A stretch of DNA of 64,000 nt. It comes from Chrysemys picta bellii. Taxonomy: Eukaryota. The position numbers were made by a program, and so were the translations under genes. The notes beneath the pieces were generated by a model. That model saw only the letters and a list, made by a program, of their open reading frames with translations. It ran no database searches and had not been told where the DNA came from. The stretch's first letter is position 1, and the number at the start of each line of letters is the position of its first letter. This document shows positions 63,031-64,000 of this stretch, in pieces. Where the stretch lies: positions 25,916,001 to 25,980,000 of the forward strand of contig NC_088807.1 of the NCBI RefSeq assembly GCF_011386835.1. Reading direction: 5' to 3'.

Positions 63031-63719
63031 GGGGGTCCCAGTCCAGGACAGAGCTCCTGCATACTACCACAATACACCAACTATATCCTGTCGAGCACCC
63101 AGAACAAAGAGGTCCTGGGGCAGGACTGGGCTCCTAGATGCTACAACAACACACAGTTCACTTTTCACCATTGCTAGGGTCCCACGCTGAAGCTAGTTTC
63201 ACTTGCTCACCTGGTGAATTGTGTCTCTTACGCTAGCACCATCTAGTGAGCGCACGCTCACATGCACAGAGCGGGACTCAGCCTCTCCAGCAGGGGGCAG
63301 CAGGGACACCGAGGGGCACACACACATAGTACCATCTAGGGCAAAACCTCCCCTGAATGTGCGGAGAGCCTGAGCCGATCGCTCGCAGAGGTGTGAACTG
63401 CCCAGAGCGTAACCGACGCAGCCTGAACCCGAGCCAATCGCTCGCAGGGGGGAGCCTGTTACTCTAATTGGGGTGTCAACATTAAAGCCCCTGTCAGCGT
63501 TAACTATTTAATCACTATTGAGGGGGCTAGATTTTCCCCTCATGCAATGAGCACATAACGAGACTGAATAAATCCGCCCCCCTCCCCCCCGGTGCAGAAC
63601 AGGGCTCATCCCCTCCAGGAGGGGGCAGCAGTGACCCCTCCCAGCCCCACCATCCCTCCCTCCATCTCCCAGCCCCCTGCAAAGCCGTGTTGAGAGATAG
63701 GATGGCCCAGTCTCTCAGG

Positions 63720-63830
63720 ACACTGGATGAGGACGCAAGAGGACCTTGGTTCACAATCCCGGCTCTGCGCCAGACACCCCATGTGACATTAGGCGAGGCT
63801 ACCCCGTGCCTCAGTTTCCCCAGCAACACA
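63720..63830 (+). mobile_element. MIR/CORE-SINE-like remnant
   Basis: ggttcacaatcccggctctg (B-box/T-arm like) followed by tgtgac...gtgcctcagtttccc (CORE-like). Confidence 0.5.
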
Positions 63831-64000
63831 AAGATAGCAATTCATAGATCCTAAGGCCAAAAGACACCCCCTGTAGAACACAGGCGTGAGATCGGCCCTG
63901 AATTAACCCCTGCAGGTGTCTTAGAGACGCAGCCGGCCTTGATTTAAACATTTCCTCGCGCGCCGGGGGGGTGCGTGAGATCCATTAGGGGCTCAAACCC

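Overview
This is a very GC-rich, repeat-dense vertebrate genomic window, most likely from a turtle microchromosome (inferred from turtle-type CR1 3' tails and tRNA-derived repeats). It is syntenic with human Xp11.23. Six spliced protein-coding genes can be rebuilt exon by exon with GT-AG boundaries: CDK20 (-), TIMM17B (-, with an apparent 1-bp insertion in exon 5), PQBP1 (+), SLC35A2 (-), PIM2 (-) and OTUD5 exons 2-9 (-, exon 1 lies beyond the right edge). About a fifth of the window, by hand count, is a ~74-bp tandem repeat that looks like an amplified tRNA/MIR-type SINE head. Several other minisatellites and CR1 LINE fragments are also present. The most notable non-coding signals are two palindromic GATA modules near the left end (possibly GATA1 cis-elements), an alternating-orientation array of ZNF143/Staf-like sites in the CDK20 5' intron, an RFX X-box at the CDK20 promoter, a candidate unannotated spliced minus-strand transcript at 6.7-8.5 kb, and candidate micro- and poison exons in OTUD5 intron 2. 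All homology calls come from reading the sequence and recalling known proteins; no searches were run.
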